Below, one piece after another: positions 9,555 through 18,997 of a stretch of 64,000 bases of DNA (its first letter is position 1; each line of letters begins with the position of its first letter). The notes under the pieces were generated by a model, which saw only the letters and a list, made by a program, of their open reading frames with translations, searched no databases and was not told the DNA's origin. Source of the stretch: Candidatus Multivoradales bacterium (GTDB lineage: Bacteria > Acidobacteriota > Thermoanaerobaculia > Multivoradales > Multivoraceae); contig CBDCWI010000002.1 of NCBI GenBank assembly GCA_965223325.1, positions 3,296,001 to 3,360,000 on the forward strand, read 5' to 3'. Position numbers and translations under genes: made by a program.

Positions 9555-10441
9555 TTTCCTGACTCCTTTTCGTCGTCTGCGGCGGCAGACTCTGTCTTCT
9601 CGTCTTCACCGCCCCGCTTTCCCTTGCGGCGTGGTGATTCCCCCCTCCTGGCTTTCTTCGACTGTCTGATCTTGGCGTTCGGATAGTCCGCCCGCAGAAC
9701 ACCGCACGCATCGGTCGCTCCCTCGGGCGGTGCCTCCATGAACGAGTGTGCCTGGCAGAGCAATTCGTAGACCTTGCCCTTGTCTTCATAGGCCGGGTAC
9801 TCCGTCAGCAGGTGCTCGAGCCGCGATGCGACGGCGGTGCACAGGCCCGGGCGCTTGCCTCGACATCCAAAACGCATGTAGAACGCCGCCACCACGTACT
9901 CGTGTTCGGCGAGGTTGTTCTTGACCTCGACCAGGGTCGTTTGCGCCTCCCGCGCCTCGTTGCTGGTCGGGTAGAGCCGAATCAGATCCTCGAGCTCCTC
10001 GACTGCCTTGGCCGTGGTCTTCTGGTCACGGTTGGGCTTCTCCATGCGGCGCGACAGGCTCTCGCCGATGCGCAACTGCGCGTAGGCAGCACGGTCGCTG
10101 GTTGGGAAACGGTTGAGAAAGTCGCGATAACGGGTTTCGGCCTCGATCAGGTTCTCCTGCCCACCTGCCAAGAACAGCGCGTCGGCGGCCAGGAGGAGGC
10201 CGTCGCGGCCACTGACCGAGTTGGGCTCCACCTCGAAGGCGTGAATCAGGTACTTCTTGGCCTGCCGATACTTCTTCTCGGCCATCAGTGCCGTGCCTTG
10301 CGACAGCGACTCCTCGGCCGACAGACGAAGAATCGGATCTTCGCGGCGGTTGCCACCGCAGCCCGCCAACAAGAGCAGCACGAACAAAGGAACCAGGAGC
10401 CGCAGGCCCCACCCCAACAGAGGTCTTCCACAGAGGTTCAT
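9551..10441 (-). CDS. bamD: Outer membrane protein assembly factor BamD
   Basis: LAGC lipobox, FLNRFPTS, RDQKTT..A, LAEHEYVVAAFY. Confidence 0.85.
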   Translation of the reverse strand: MNLCGRPLLGWGLRLLVPLFVLLLLAGCGGNRREDPILRLSAEESLSQGTALMAEKKYRQAKKYLIHAFEVEPNSVSGRDGLLLAADALFLAGGQENLIEAETRYRDFLNRFPTSDRAAYAQLRIGESLSRRMEKPNRDQKTTAKAVEELEDLIRLYPTSNEAREAQTTLVEVKNNLAEHEYVVAAFYMRFGCRGKRPGLCTAVASRLEHLLTEYPAYEDKGKVYELLCQAHSFMEAPPEGATDACGVLRADYPNAKIRQSKKARRGESPRRKGKRGGEDEKTESAAADDEKESGK

Positions 10442-10442
10442 G

Positions 10443-11111
10443 TCAAGCCACGCCCTTTCGAGACGTCGCTGCTCCAGACGTCAGTTCTACCAATGTCGCC
10501 ACCGGGTCGTCGGCCGCAAACACACCCGAGCCGATGACCGCGATGTCGACGCCGGCCTCGGCGACCCGGTCGACGTTGTTGAGCTTGATGCCCCCGTCCA
10601 TCTCGATCAGGCAGTCGAGCCCGCGTGAATCAATCAGGTCCCGCAACCGCCTCGCTTTCTCGAGCACGTACTCGATCATCGATTGGCCGGCAAAGCCGGG
10701 GTTGACCGACATCAGCAAGACGAAGTCGAGCCTCGGTAGCAAGTCGGTGATGGTTGTGATCGGGGTCGCTGGATTGAGCGCCACACCGGCCCTGGAGCCC
10801 GCCTCGCGGATGGCCGAAACCGTGCGATCGAGATGAACCGTGGTTTCCTGGTGGACCGAAACCCAGGTGGCGTGCTCGAGATATGCGTCGAGCAACCGAT
10901 CTGGGTTGGAGACCATCAGGTGCACATCGAGCTCGAGACTGGTGCCGGCCGCAAAGGCATCGATGACGGGCGGACCGAAGCTGAGATTGGGGACGAAGTG
11001 ACCATCCATCACGTCGACGTGCACGATCTCCGCTCCACCGCGGGTGCAGATGTCTTGCGCATCGGCCAGCCGAGCGAGGTCAGCGGCGAGAATTGAGGGA
11101 GCGATTTTCAT
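10443..11111 (-). CDS. rpe: Ribulose-phosphate 3-epimerase
   Basis: IAPSIL, HVDVMDGHFVPNLSFG, MSVNPGFAGQ, DGGI. Confidence 0.96.
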   Translation of the reverse strand: MKIAPSILAADLARLADAQDICTRGGAEIVHVDVMDGHFVPNLSFGPPVIDAFAAGTSLELDVHLMVSNPDRLLDAYLEHATWVSVHQETTVHLDRTVSAIREAGSRAGVALNPATPITTITDLLPRLDFVLLMSVNPGFAGQSMIEYVLEKARRLRDLIDSRGLDCLIEMDGGIKLNNVDRVAEAGVDIAVIGSGVFAADDPVATLVELTSGAATSRKGVA

Positions 11112-11128
11112 GCGGTCCGAGTCTTTGG

Positions 11129-11875
11129 TCAGGTGTCTTCGCTCGGACTCGCCGAGACAACCAGGGAAATCGGGATCTGTCGGCGCAACGCATGACCAGC
11201 CAATGGGTACTGGCGAAGGACGATGCCCTCGGGCACGCCCTCGTACGGCTCGTACTTGACGCTACCCATGCGAAACCCATGGCGTTGGAAGAAGTTCCGC
11301 ACGACGTCGTTTTGACGGTAGACCAGGTCGGGCATGACGTAGACCGCATCGGTTTCGTCGCTCGACACCAGGACGCCGATCGGGGTCGAACGATCGACCA
11401 GATCGCCGGGTCTTGGGTACTGCCAGATCACATCGCCGGCCGGCCCGCGGACGGTGCGCACGTCGCCGCGGGAACCGAGCGCCAGCCCTGCAGCACCGAG
11501 GGTGACCTGCGCCGCCTGGATGGCACGGCCTTCCAGTTCGGGAACCTGGACCAACTGTTGGCCGCGCGACAAGACAACGCGGACGCCGCTGCCCCGCTTG
11601 ACCAGCCCCGCGGGGCCGGGGTCGTGCTCGAGAACGTGCCCGGCGGGCACGGTGTCGTCGAAGCGGTCTTCGTTCTCGTCCCAACGCATCTCGAGGCCCT
11701 GATCGCGCAGCAGAAGCTCGGCATCGGCCAGCGCCAGCCCCCCCAGATCCGGAACCGGGACTTCACCACGACGCACTGATTTGTTGAAGCCGAGGACCGC
11801 CATCGATCCGAAAAGAACCAACAAAAGCAGGAGCCGGAGGCCAAAAAGCGCCAAGCGGCGCACAACGCGAAGCAT
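11129..11875 (-). CDS. PASTA domain membrane protein (3 PASTA repeats)
   Basis: N-terminal TM; VPDLGG, VPELEG, MPDLVY repeats with Q.P..G. Confidence 0.85.
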   Translation of the reverse strand: MLRVVRRLALFGLRLLLLLVLFGSMAVLGFNKSVRRGEVPVPDLGGLALADAELLLRDQGLEMRWDENEDRFDDTVPAGHVLEHDPGPAGLVKRGSGVRVVLSRGQQLVQVPELEGRAIQAAQVTLGAAGLALGSRGDVRTVRGPAGDVIWQYPRPGDLVDRSTPIGVLVSSDETDAVYVMPDLVYRQNDVVRNFFQRHGFRMGSVKYEPYEGVPEGIVLRQYPLAGHALRRQIPISLVVSASPSEDT

Positions 11876-11945
11876 GGGCGCAGTCTAGCAGCCCCCCACT
11901 TCACCGTGGGTCGCCTGAACGCCGCTCCAACGGGCCTCGGACCGG

Positions 11946-13385
11946 CTACCTCGGCGGCGTTGCGGGCACCGGATCCTCGGTCTCCGGTACCGCCGCATCG
12001 GCCTCTGGAGCACTTTCAGAGTCTCCGCCCGAGACACTCTCGACCGCGCCATCGGAGAGCGGTCCCTCGTCGCCTGGCAGGCGCTTGCGAACATCGAAGA
12101 ACATCGCCATAGCCATCAACGTGACGATGAAAACCAGCCCGACCTGGATCAAACGTTCCTTCACCATCAATGACAGGTCGCGGCGCAAGATGCTCTCGAT
12201 GAGGAGAATCAGGATCTCGCCGCCGTCCATGATCGGAATCGGCAGCATGTTGATCAAGAACAGGTTGAGGCTGATGAGAGCCATCAGAAACAACAGTTCC
12301 TTCATCCCGCGGCGGGCAGCGTCACCGCTGACCACCCCGATCTCGAGCGGGCCACCAATCGCGCTCTCCGGCGAGATGCGGCGCTCGAAGACCTTGCCGA
12401 TGAACTGGCCGATCTGCTCGACGGTGTCGAGGTTGTAGCGAACGCTCGCACGGAGAGCTTCGACGAACCCCATCCGGCGTAGCGGGTATCCGATCACGAC
12501 ACCGATCTGCGCCCTCTCCTCGTCGCTGCCTTCGACCTCGACGCGCTCTGGTCTGACCTCGAGTGGCACGATGCGGCCATCACGCTCGACCTCGACCACC
12601 ACCGGTCCTTCGGACCTCTGCAGGCGCTGGGTGAACTCTTCGAGTGAGAACACGGGCTGGCGATCGACTGCGACGAGGATGTCGTCGGGAGCGAAGCCGG
12701 CCAGGGCCGCCGGGCGGCCTTCTACGACTTCGACCACCTGGGGCTTCCAGGGCGGCGCCAGGGTCGGCATGCCGAGCTTGTACTTGGGGATGATGTCGGG
12801 CGTGAGTTCGGTGCGCTCACGCTTTCCGTTGCGCTCGTACTCAATCGCCAGTGCTCGACCGGGCGACGTGAGAATGGTCATCGACACCTGTTGCCAGTGT
12901 TCGACCGGCTCACCGTCGATGGTCAGGAGGCGGTCACCACTCGCGAGGCCAGCACGAGCACCAGCCGAGTCTGCGGGAACGCCACCGACAACCGGTTCGA
13001 GGTCCTTTTCGTTGACCATCCGAGTACCGGACATGAAGACGCCCGCCACCAGCGCCACCGCCAGCAAGACGTTCATGCCCGGCCCAGCGAGGTAGATCAA
13101 GATGCGCTGCCAGCGTGGCTGTGCCAGGAAATCGTCGGGGCGCTGCTCGGACGCCGTCGGATCCCGGCCGGCGAAGGCTACGTAACCCCCGAGCGGCACC
13201 AGTGAGATTCGAAAGTCGGTGTCACCACGCCGAAAGCCCCAGATGCGGTTGCCGAAACCGAGCGAGAACGTCAGGACCCGCACCCCAAACAGCCGGCCAA
13301 CGATGTAGTGCCCCGCCTCGTGAACGAAGATGATGACGCCGACCACGAACAGGAAGGCGAGAATGTTGCTCAAGAGAATCTGCAC
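11946..13385 (-). CDS. rseP: RIP metalloprotease RseP
   Basis: HEAGH, PLGGYV, two PDZ domains, NMLPIPIMDGG. Confidence 0.93.
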   Translation of the reverse strand: MQILLSNILAFLFVVGVIIFVHEAGHYIVGRLFGVRVLTFSLGFGNRIWGFRRGDTDFRISLVPLGGYVAFAGRDPTASEQRPDDFLAQPRWQRILIYLAGPGMNVLLAVALVAGVFMSGTRMVNEKDLEPVVGGVPADSAGARAGLASGDRLLTIDGEPVEHWQQVSMTILTSPGRALAIEYERNGKRERTELTPDIIPKYKLGMPTLAPPWKPQVVEVVEGRPAALAGFAPDDILVAVDRQPVFSLEEFTQRLQRSEGPVVVEVERDGRIVPLEVRPERVEVEGSDEERAQIGVVIGYPLRRMGFVEALRASVRYNLDTVEQIGQFIGKVFERRISPESAIGGPLEIGVVSGDAARRGMKELLFLMALISLNLFLINMLPIPIMDGGEILILLIESILRRDLSLMVKERLIQVGLVFIVTLMAMAMFFDVRKRLPGDEGPLSDGAVESVSGGDSESAPEADAAVPETEDPVPATPPR

Positions 13386-13498
13386 GGAGGGTCCGTTCCG
13401 GAAGAGGGAGGCTCACGCCGTCAAGCGGGGCCTCGAATCATACGAAAGCCGGGCACCTAAGTTGATGCTCCCGGAAGGACCGCGCGAACCTTCGAAGC

Positions 13499-14314
13499 TC
13501 AGAGCCAGCCGAGTTCGAAGCCCAGCCAGAAGACTGGCGAGGCCAACAACAGGCCATCGAAGCGATCGAGCAGTCCTCCATGTCCCGGCAGCAACCGACC
13601 GCTATCCTTGACGCCCACCGAACGTTTGATCATCGACTCCACCAGGTCGCCGAGCTGCACCAGGACTGCGGTCACCCCGACGACAAGAGCAAAGCGAAGA
13701 TCAACTGTATCGAGGCCACCCCGGCGCCAGAACACATAGGCGCCGACGGCCAACAGGCTGCCGACGAAGCCGGATGCCGATCCTTCCCAGGTCTTCTTGG
13801 GGCTGATGACTGGTGCCAACTTCGTCCGCCCGAAGGTCTTGCCGCCGTAGTAGGCCATCGTATCGGCCAACCACACGATGCCGAACAACGCCAGGCACAA
13901 CCAGGGGTCGGCGGTCTGCAGGCGATAGATCGCCGCCGCCGGCAAGGCGAGATAGGGGGCGGCGAAGGACAACATGCCCAGCGTAGGCAACGCGCGCTCT
14001 AACGGTGCGCGCGTCAACAGAACGGTGAGGCCGGCAGCCAGCGGAATGAACAACACCAGAATCGTTGCGATGAGTGGTGACAGGTCAACCCGACCCTCGC
14101 TCAACCCGATCAACAACAGAGCCAGAAGGGGTACCAGGAAAACCAGCGCGCTCAGCGCCGGTCTCCAAACCATCGACTTGAGCATCGCGACCAGCTCGAA
14201 CGCGCAAAGCGTACAGACCCCCACCGCCACCAACAGAAAGGCTGGAGGAGGAAACGTGAACAGGGCCACGAGGCCGAAAACGATTCCTACTATGCCGGTG
14301 ATGAGTCGCTGCAT
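13499..14314 (-). CDS. cdsA: Phosphatidate cytidylyltransferase
   Basis: SPKKTWEG, GDLVESMIKR..GVKDSG.LLPGHGGLLDRFD. Confidence 0.95.
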   Translation of the reverse strand: MQRLITGIVGIVFGLVALFTFPPPAFLLVAVGVCTLCAFELVAMLKSMVWRPALSALVFLVPLLALLLIGLSEGRVDLSPLIATILVLFIPLAAGLTVLLTRAPLERALPTLGMLSFAAPYLALPAAAIYRLQTADPWLCLALFGIVWLADTMAYYGGKTFGRTKLAPVISPKKTWEGSASGFVGSLLAVGAYVFWRRGGLDTVDLRFALVVGVTAVLVQLGDLVESMIKRSVGVKDSGRLLPGHGGLLDRFDGLLLASPVFWLGFELGWL

Positions 14315-14489
14315 CCGTTGTCGCCTCGTCGTCTAGGGGGGCAAGCGCCGCAAACTGCGCCTCGGCTCGCGAACCTCGCTCGGAGTTCCGAGCTCTCCGG
14401 TTCCCAAGAGGGGTCGGTCCTGTCCTGGGACGGGGCACCATCGGGCGCCCCGGCGAAACTACCTCACCCGGGAACGATTGACCGCGCTG

Positions 14490-15320
14490 TCATGCCGACT
14501 CTGGCATCTCGTTGCCGCCGGCTCCTTCGAGTGGGCCCCACTTCGGGTCGTAGAACACTCGTACGAGCACCAACCCGTGGGCCGGGGCGCTCGGACCAGC
14601 ATCGGCACGCTGACCTCCAGACAACAGGCCCGCAACCGAGTCGACACTGCGCACGCCGCGCCCGACCTCCAGGACTGTGCCGACGATCGCGCGCACCATG
14701 CCGCGCAAGAAACCGTCGCCAACGATCCTCAACCGTAACCGACCCGCCGGAAGCTCGCTCCACTCCGCCTCGCGCACCTTGCGAAACGGTTGCCTGTGTG
14801 AACCGCCGCTGCGAGCAAAGGCACTCCAGTCGTGCCGACCAACGAGGAGCTTCGTCGCGCGTTGCATGCGGTCGATGTCGAGCGCTGTGAACACCACGAC
14901 GGCTTGATCGCTGTCGAGCGGTGAGAGCACCCGCGTTCGGATCAAGTGGTAGTGATACTCCTTGCCTTGCGCACACTTTCGGGCGTCGAAACCGGGGTGC
15001 ATGCGCGCCGCACCGAGTACCCGAATGTCGTCTGGCAGGAGTCGATTCGTGCCCTGGACCAACTGCGACATTGGAACCGCCTCGGCTAGCCGGAGGTGTG
15101 CGACCTGGCCGCGCGCGTGGACGCCGGCATCGGTACGCCCGGCACCGGGAGTGCGCACGTCCACCCCGAGAACTCGTTCCAGAGCTTCTTCGAGCACCTG
15201 CTGCACCGCCAGGGCGTTCTCCTGGCGTTGCCAGCCCGCGTAGGCGGCGCCACGGTACGAAATGTCCAGGCGGTAGGTGAACTGGCGCATCTCGGGCCTC
15301 GCACGTGCAGCGGTGCTCAC
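14490..15320 (-). CDS. truA: tRNA pseudouridine(38-40) synthase
   Basis: GWQRQ, GRTDAGVHARGQ, FLRGMVRAIVG, APAHGL. Confidence 0.95.
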   Translation of the reverse strand: MSTAARARPEMRQFTYRLDISYRGAAYAGWQRQENALAVQQVLEEALERVLGVDVRTPGAGRTDAGVHARGQVAHLRLAEAVPMSQLVQGTNRLLPDDIRVLGAARMHPGFDARKCAQGKEYHYHLIRTRVLSPLDSDQAVVVFTALDIDRMQRATKLLVGRHDWSAFARSGGSHRQPFRKVREAEWSELPAGRLRLRIVGDGFLRGMVRAIVGTVLEVGRGVRSVDSVAGLLSGGQRADAGPSAPAHGLVLVRVFYDPKWGPLEGAGGNEMPESA

Positions 15321-16765
15321 ACCTTCACCTTCCTTCGATCAGCTGCGAACCGGTGCTGGACGATCCACAAGAGAAGTGGCGGCCACCAGATGGCCACCCA
15401 GACCCACGGAAAGTACTCGATTCCACAAACGGCCGGCAGATAGGCCAGACAGATCGTCGCGGAAAGCAGGAGCACTGCGGGGGTGAAACGGAGCGCCGAC
15501 CAGGGCAGCAACCACACCAGGTACCAGGGATAGACCGTGGCCATCGCCAGGACCGCGCCGAGGAATGCCATCTCGAGACCGCGCAACATGACTTGAGGGC
15601 CAGAAAAAACGAGCGCTCGCCGAAACAGCCAGAAGAGCCAACCCAGCAAGAGGATCGCCAGGATGCCTTTGGCGATCAGCTGTGGGTACAGGTAGGGAAA
15701 GAGCCCCTCGAACAGCTGGGGATCGCCGAGCCCGACCTCTACCCGGCCGAGGCCCGCCAGAAGCGCGCCGTCGATCCCGAGGGAATGCACCAACCGCCAC
15801 GCCGGTTCGTACAGGGGACCGTTGAACTCCCAGGAGATGCCGTACGTCACCAGCCCCGGGGGCACGCCACCAACCGAAGACACGATCGGAAAACTGAGCC
15901 CGGCAAGTACGGCGGCGCAGGTCACCGCGAATGTCCTCGGTCGCCGCGCCGCCTGCCCGAGAACTCCCAGTACCACGACCGGAACCAACTTGACCATCAC
16001 CGAAACGGCGGCGAGAGCTCCCGCCCCAGCCACCCGAACAGGAGTCCTCACGCCGGGCGCCACCACCAACAGGAGCACCGCCGCCGCCAGGGGCAGGAGG
16101 CCGACGACATCGACGTGACCCATGCCCGCACCCTCGAACAAGACCAGAGGGTTCCAGGCGTACCAGAGCACGCGCCGGCGGGGTAGACCGAACACCATGG
16201 CCAGCCGAAACAGAAGCGCTGTGCCCGCCAGGTCGAGCACCACCACCAACAGCTTGTACGTTAAAAGAGGACGGGGGGCCAGCGCCGCTATACTGAAAAG
16301 TCCCATCGCAGAGGCTGGATAGACCGTCTTGACCGTTCGATGAGCGGTTCGATTCCAAATCTCCTCGAACGGACCGGAACGGAGTGGCAAGAGGCGCGGG
16401 TTGTCGGGTTCCAACGCCCATGGATTCTCGCCCGCGACCAGGACATGTCCATCCCACAGGTATCGCCACACGTCATCGGAGAGTTCTGGGGGCAACGGCA
16501 CCAGAGCCAGGCGCGCCAAGAGCCCGACCAGCAGAACGACTCCCAGAGCTGGCTCACCGATCCGGCCATACATCCGGTAGTTCGCGGCAACCGAAACGAA
16601 ACCGAGGAGCAACAGCGCATAGAGAGCCAGTGGATGACCAGCGAGGCCACCGTCGAGAGTGTGGCTCGCGACCGTGAGGGCGATCGCCGAGGCCACCAGC
16701 GGAACTCCCCAGGCGAACGTCCACGACTCACCTCTGGATTCACTCGATGATGGACTGGACGTCAC
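15317..16765 (-). CDS. GT-C fold membrane glycosyltransferase (GT87/DUF2029-like)
   Basis: LSDDVWRYLWDG, YAWNPL..E..GHVD, WEFNG, PWY; multi-TM; start uncertain (GTG 16765). Confidence 0.72.
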   Translation of the reverse strand: MTSSPSSSESRGESWTFAWGVPLVASAIALTVASHTLDGGLAGHPLALYALLLLGFVSVAANYRMYGRIGEPALGVVLLVGLLARLALVPLPPELSDDVWRYLWDGHVLVAGENPWALEPDNPRLLPLRSGPFEEIWNRTAHRTVKTVYPASAMGLFSIAALAPRPLLTYKLLVVVLDLAGTALLFRLAMVFGLPRRRVLWYAWNPLVLFEGAGMGHVDVVGLLPLAAAVLLLVVAPGVRTPVRVAGAGALAAVSVMVKLVPVVVLGVLGQAARRPRTFAVTCAAVLAGLSFPIVSSVGGVPPGLVTYGISWEFNGPLYEPAWRLVHSLGIDGALLAGLGRVEVGLGDPQLFEGLFPYLYPQLIAKGILAILLLGWLFWLFRRALVFSGPQVMLRGLEMAFLGAVLAMATVYPWYLVWLLPWSALRFTPAVLLLSATICLAYLPAVCGIEYFPWVWVAIWWPPLLLWIVQHRFAADRRKVKV

Positions 16766-18429
16766 TTTTGGAGATCGCGGCCTGGGAGGCAGAAGTCCTG
16801 CGTGCGCCGGTGCTGGCAGCGTACTACGCCGTCCTCGGCATCTTGGCGCTCTACGGCCTGCATCGCGTCGTCTTGTTGGCTTGGCTGTTTGGCGCCCCTC
16901 GCGCTCCGGAGGTCCAGCTCGAAGGCGAGCCTTCGGAGACGATGGCAGCCAGCGGCGAGGGTCCAAGGGCGGCCTGGCCAAAGGTCACGATACAGCTCCC
17001 TCTCTACAACGAATTGCTGGTTGCCCGACGGGCAATCGAAGCGCTCACTGCGATCGATTACCCGCGCCACTTGATGGAGATTCAGGTCCTCGACGACTCG
17101 AGCGACGACACCACCATCGAGGTGACCGCGGCTGTCGAACGGGCCCGGGCTCTTGGCCACTCGATCTGCCACATCCGGCGCAGCGAGCGCCGGGGCTTCA
17201 AGGCCGGGGCTCTCGCCGCCGGTCTCGAGTCGGCCACTGGCGATCTCATTGCAGTCTTCGACGCCGACTTCGTCCCGGCGCCGGACTTTCTCCGTCAAAC
17301 GGTGCCAGTACTGCTCGATAGCCCCGGGGTCGGCATGGTGCAAGCACGTTGGGGGCACCTCAACCGGCGCCACTCACTCCTGACCTCGCTCCAGGCCCTG
17401 TTGCTCGACGGTCACTTTCTGGTCGAGCACACCGCACGCCACAAGGCGGGGCGATTCTTCAACTTCAACGGCACGGCGGGCGTCTGGAGGCGCGAAGCGA
17501 TCGAGCAGGCCGGAGGTTGGACGCACGACACCCTCACCGAAGACCTGGACCTCTCCTACCGCGCTCAGCTCGCCGGATGGCGCTTCGTTTTTCTTTCCGA
17601 CGTCGTCGCTCCGGCAGAGCTTCCGGCGAGCGTACGGGCATGGAAAACCCAACAGAGTCGCTGGGCGCGCGGCTCTGCCCAGTGCCTGCGCAAGCTCGCT
17701 GGGCCAATCCTTCGAAGCACTGCGCCGCCAGCGCAGAAGTTCGAAGCACTGGTTCATCTGAGCTCCAACCTGACCTATCCGTTGATGGCCCTGCTGGCGC
17801 TTCTCGTGTTCCCGGCCATGGCACTACGCAACGACGACTCGGGCACTCTGCTGCTCGTTGACGCGCCGCTCTTCTTCTTCGCCACCCTCGCCGTTGGCTC
17901 CTTCTATGGGGTCGCCTCGCGCCTGGCGAGAGAGAGCTGGCTGAGCTTGTGGCGTGTGCCGTTCGCCATGGCTCTCGGCATCGGCCTCTCCATCAACAAT
18001 GCGCAGGCGGTGCAGCGAGGCCTGCGGCGCATGGGCGGCGTCTTCGAGCGCACACCGAAGGCACACCTCACCGACGACCTGTCGGGGGTCTCGACAAACG
18101 GCGCACCCCGTCTCTACGCCAGCGCCGGGAATGGCAGCCTGGCGGTCGAGATCCTGATGGCGGTGTGGATGGCACTCGGAATCGGGATCGCCATAGAGCG
18201 TGGGATGTGGCTGTGGCTGCCCTTCCTGTGGCTCTTTCTGCAGGGTTTCGTGATGATCTCCTGGCTGGGAATCAAGGAGTGGCGCGGCGCCCATGCGCAA
18301 TCCTCGAGTGCGCCCACTACCGAGGCGCTCACAGCGCGAGAATCGACCTCTGGCACCTCACAACGGTTGCCTGCTGGCAATCGAGTCGCGGAGGGGCTTC
18401 CAGAAGCCGCCGCGCATGCGACCGAATAG
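16747..18429 (+). CDS. GT2 cellulose-synthase-like processive glycosyltransferase
   Basis: IQLPLYNE, QVLDDS, GFKAGAL, FDADF, TEDLDLS, QQSRWARG (D,D,D,QxxRW). Confidence 0.9.
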   Translation: MMDWTSLLEIAAWEAEVLRAPVLAAYYAVLGILALYGLHRVVLLAWLFGAPRAPEVQLEGEPSETMAASGEGPRAAWPKVTIQLPLYNELLVARRAIEALTAIDYPRHLMEIQVLDDSSDDTTIEVTAAVERARALGHSICHIRRSERRGFKAGALAAGLESATGDLIAVFDADFVPAPDFLRQTVPVLLDSPGVGMVQARWGHLNRRHSLLTSLQALLLDGHFLVEHTARHKAGRFFNFNGTAGVWRREAIEQAGGWTHDTLTEDLDLSYRAQLAGWRFVFLSDVVAPAELPASVRAWKTQQSRWARGSAQCLRKLAGPILRSTAPPAQKFEALVHLSSNLTYPLMALLALLVFPAMALRNDDSGTLLLVDAPLFFFATLAVGSFYGVASRLARESWLSLWRVPFAMALGIGLSINNAQAVQRGLRRMGGVFERTPKAHLTDDLSGVSTNGAPRLYASAGNGSLAVEILMAVWMALGIGIAIERGMWLWLPFLWLFLQGFVMISWLGIKEWRGAHAQSSSAPTTEALTARESTSGTSQRLPAGNRVAEGLPEAAAHATE

Positions 18430-18439
18430 AATAGGGGTC

Positions 18440-18997
18440 ATGACCAGCCCGGTGCGCACCCCGTCTGACCCTCGGCACGCGCGGGTACGACTGCGTCAAG
18501 CCGAAGTCAACGACGCTCCCCTCCTGCGGCGCTGGCGTGCCGAACCGAGTGTTCGTCGCTTCCAGCCGCTGCACGATGTCTCGACCTCGCAGCTGCGCGC
18601 AGACCTCGCCAACCAGCGTCACGCGGACCTGTACCACGGCCGCGGCGAGCGTTTCCTGTGGATCGTCGAAGCCGACAAGGTCCCAGCTGGTTGGATCACC
18701 CTGGTGGTGGCGAACTGGGAACACGGTCTCTCGGAGGTTGGCTACGCCCTGTCATCGCGCTACCAGGGGAGCGGGCTGATGACCCACGCCCTGACCCTCC
18801 TGCTCCCGGAGCTCTTTCTGCATTCGCCCATCGAACGCGTCGAGGCACGCTGCGCGGTCGACAACAAGGCCTCGCAGCGGGTTCTCGAAAAGGTGCAGTT
18901 CCGGCGCGAGGGGCGCTTGCGCGGTTACTTCCTGCTGCACGGGCGGCGCGTGGACCACTACCTCTACGCGTTGCTACGAAAAGACTTCCTGCTCTAG
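18440..18997 (+). CDS. GNAT N-acetyltransferase (RimJ/RimL family)
   Basis: EVGYAL..YQGSGL, NKASQRVLEK..F..EG. Confidence 0.85.
   Translation: MTSPVRTPSDPRHARVRLRQAEVNDAPLLRRWRAEPSVRRFQPLHDVSTSQLRADLANQRHADLYHGRGERFLWIVEADKVPAGWITLVVANWEHGLSEVGYALSSRYQGSGLMTHALTLLLPELFLHSPIERVEARCAVDNKASQRVLEKVQFRREGRLRGYFLLHGRRVDHYLYALLRKDFLL

Noticed and set aside
18994-18997. Convergent genes sharing CTAG stop codons
   Set aside because: Common compact arrangement; no sign of an inserted element
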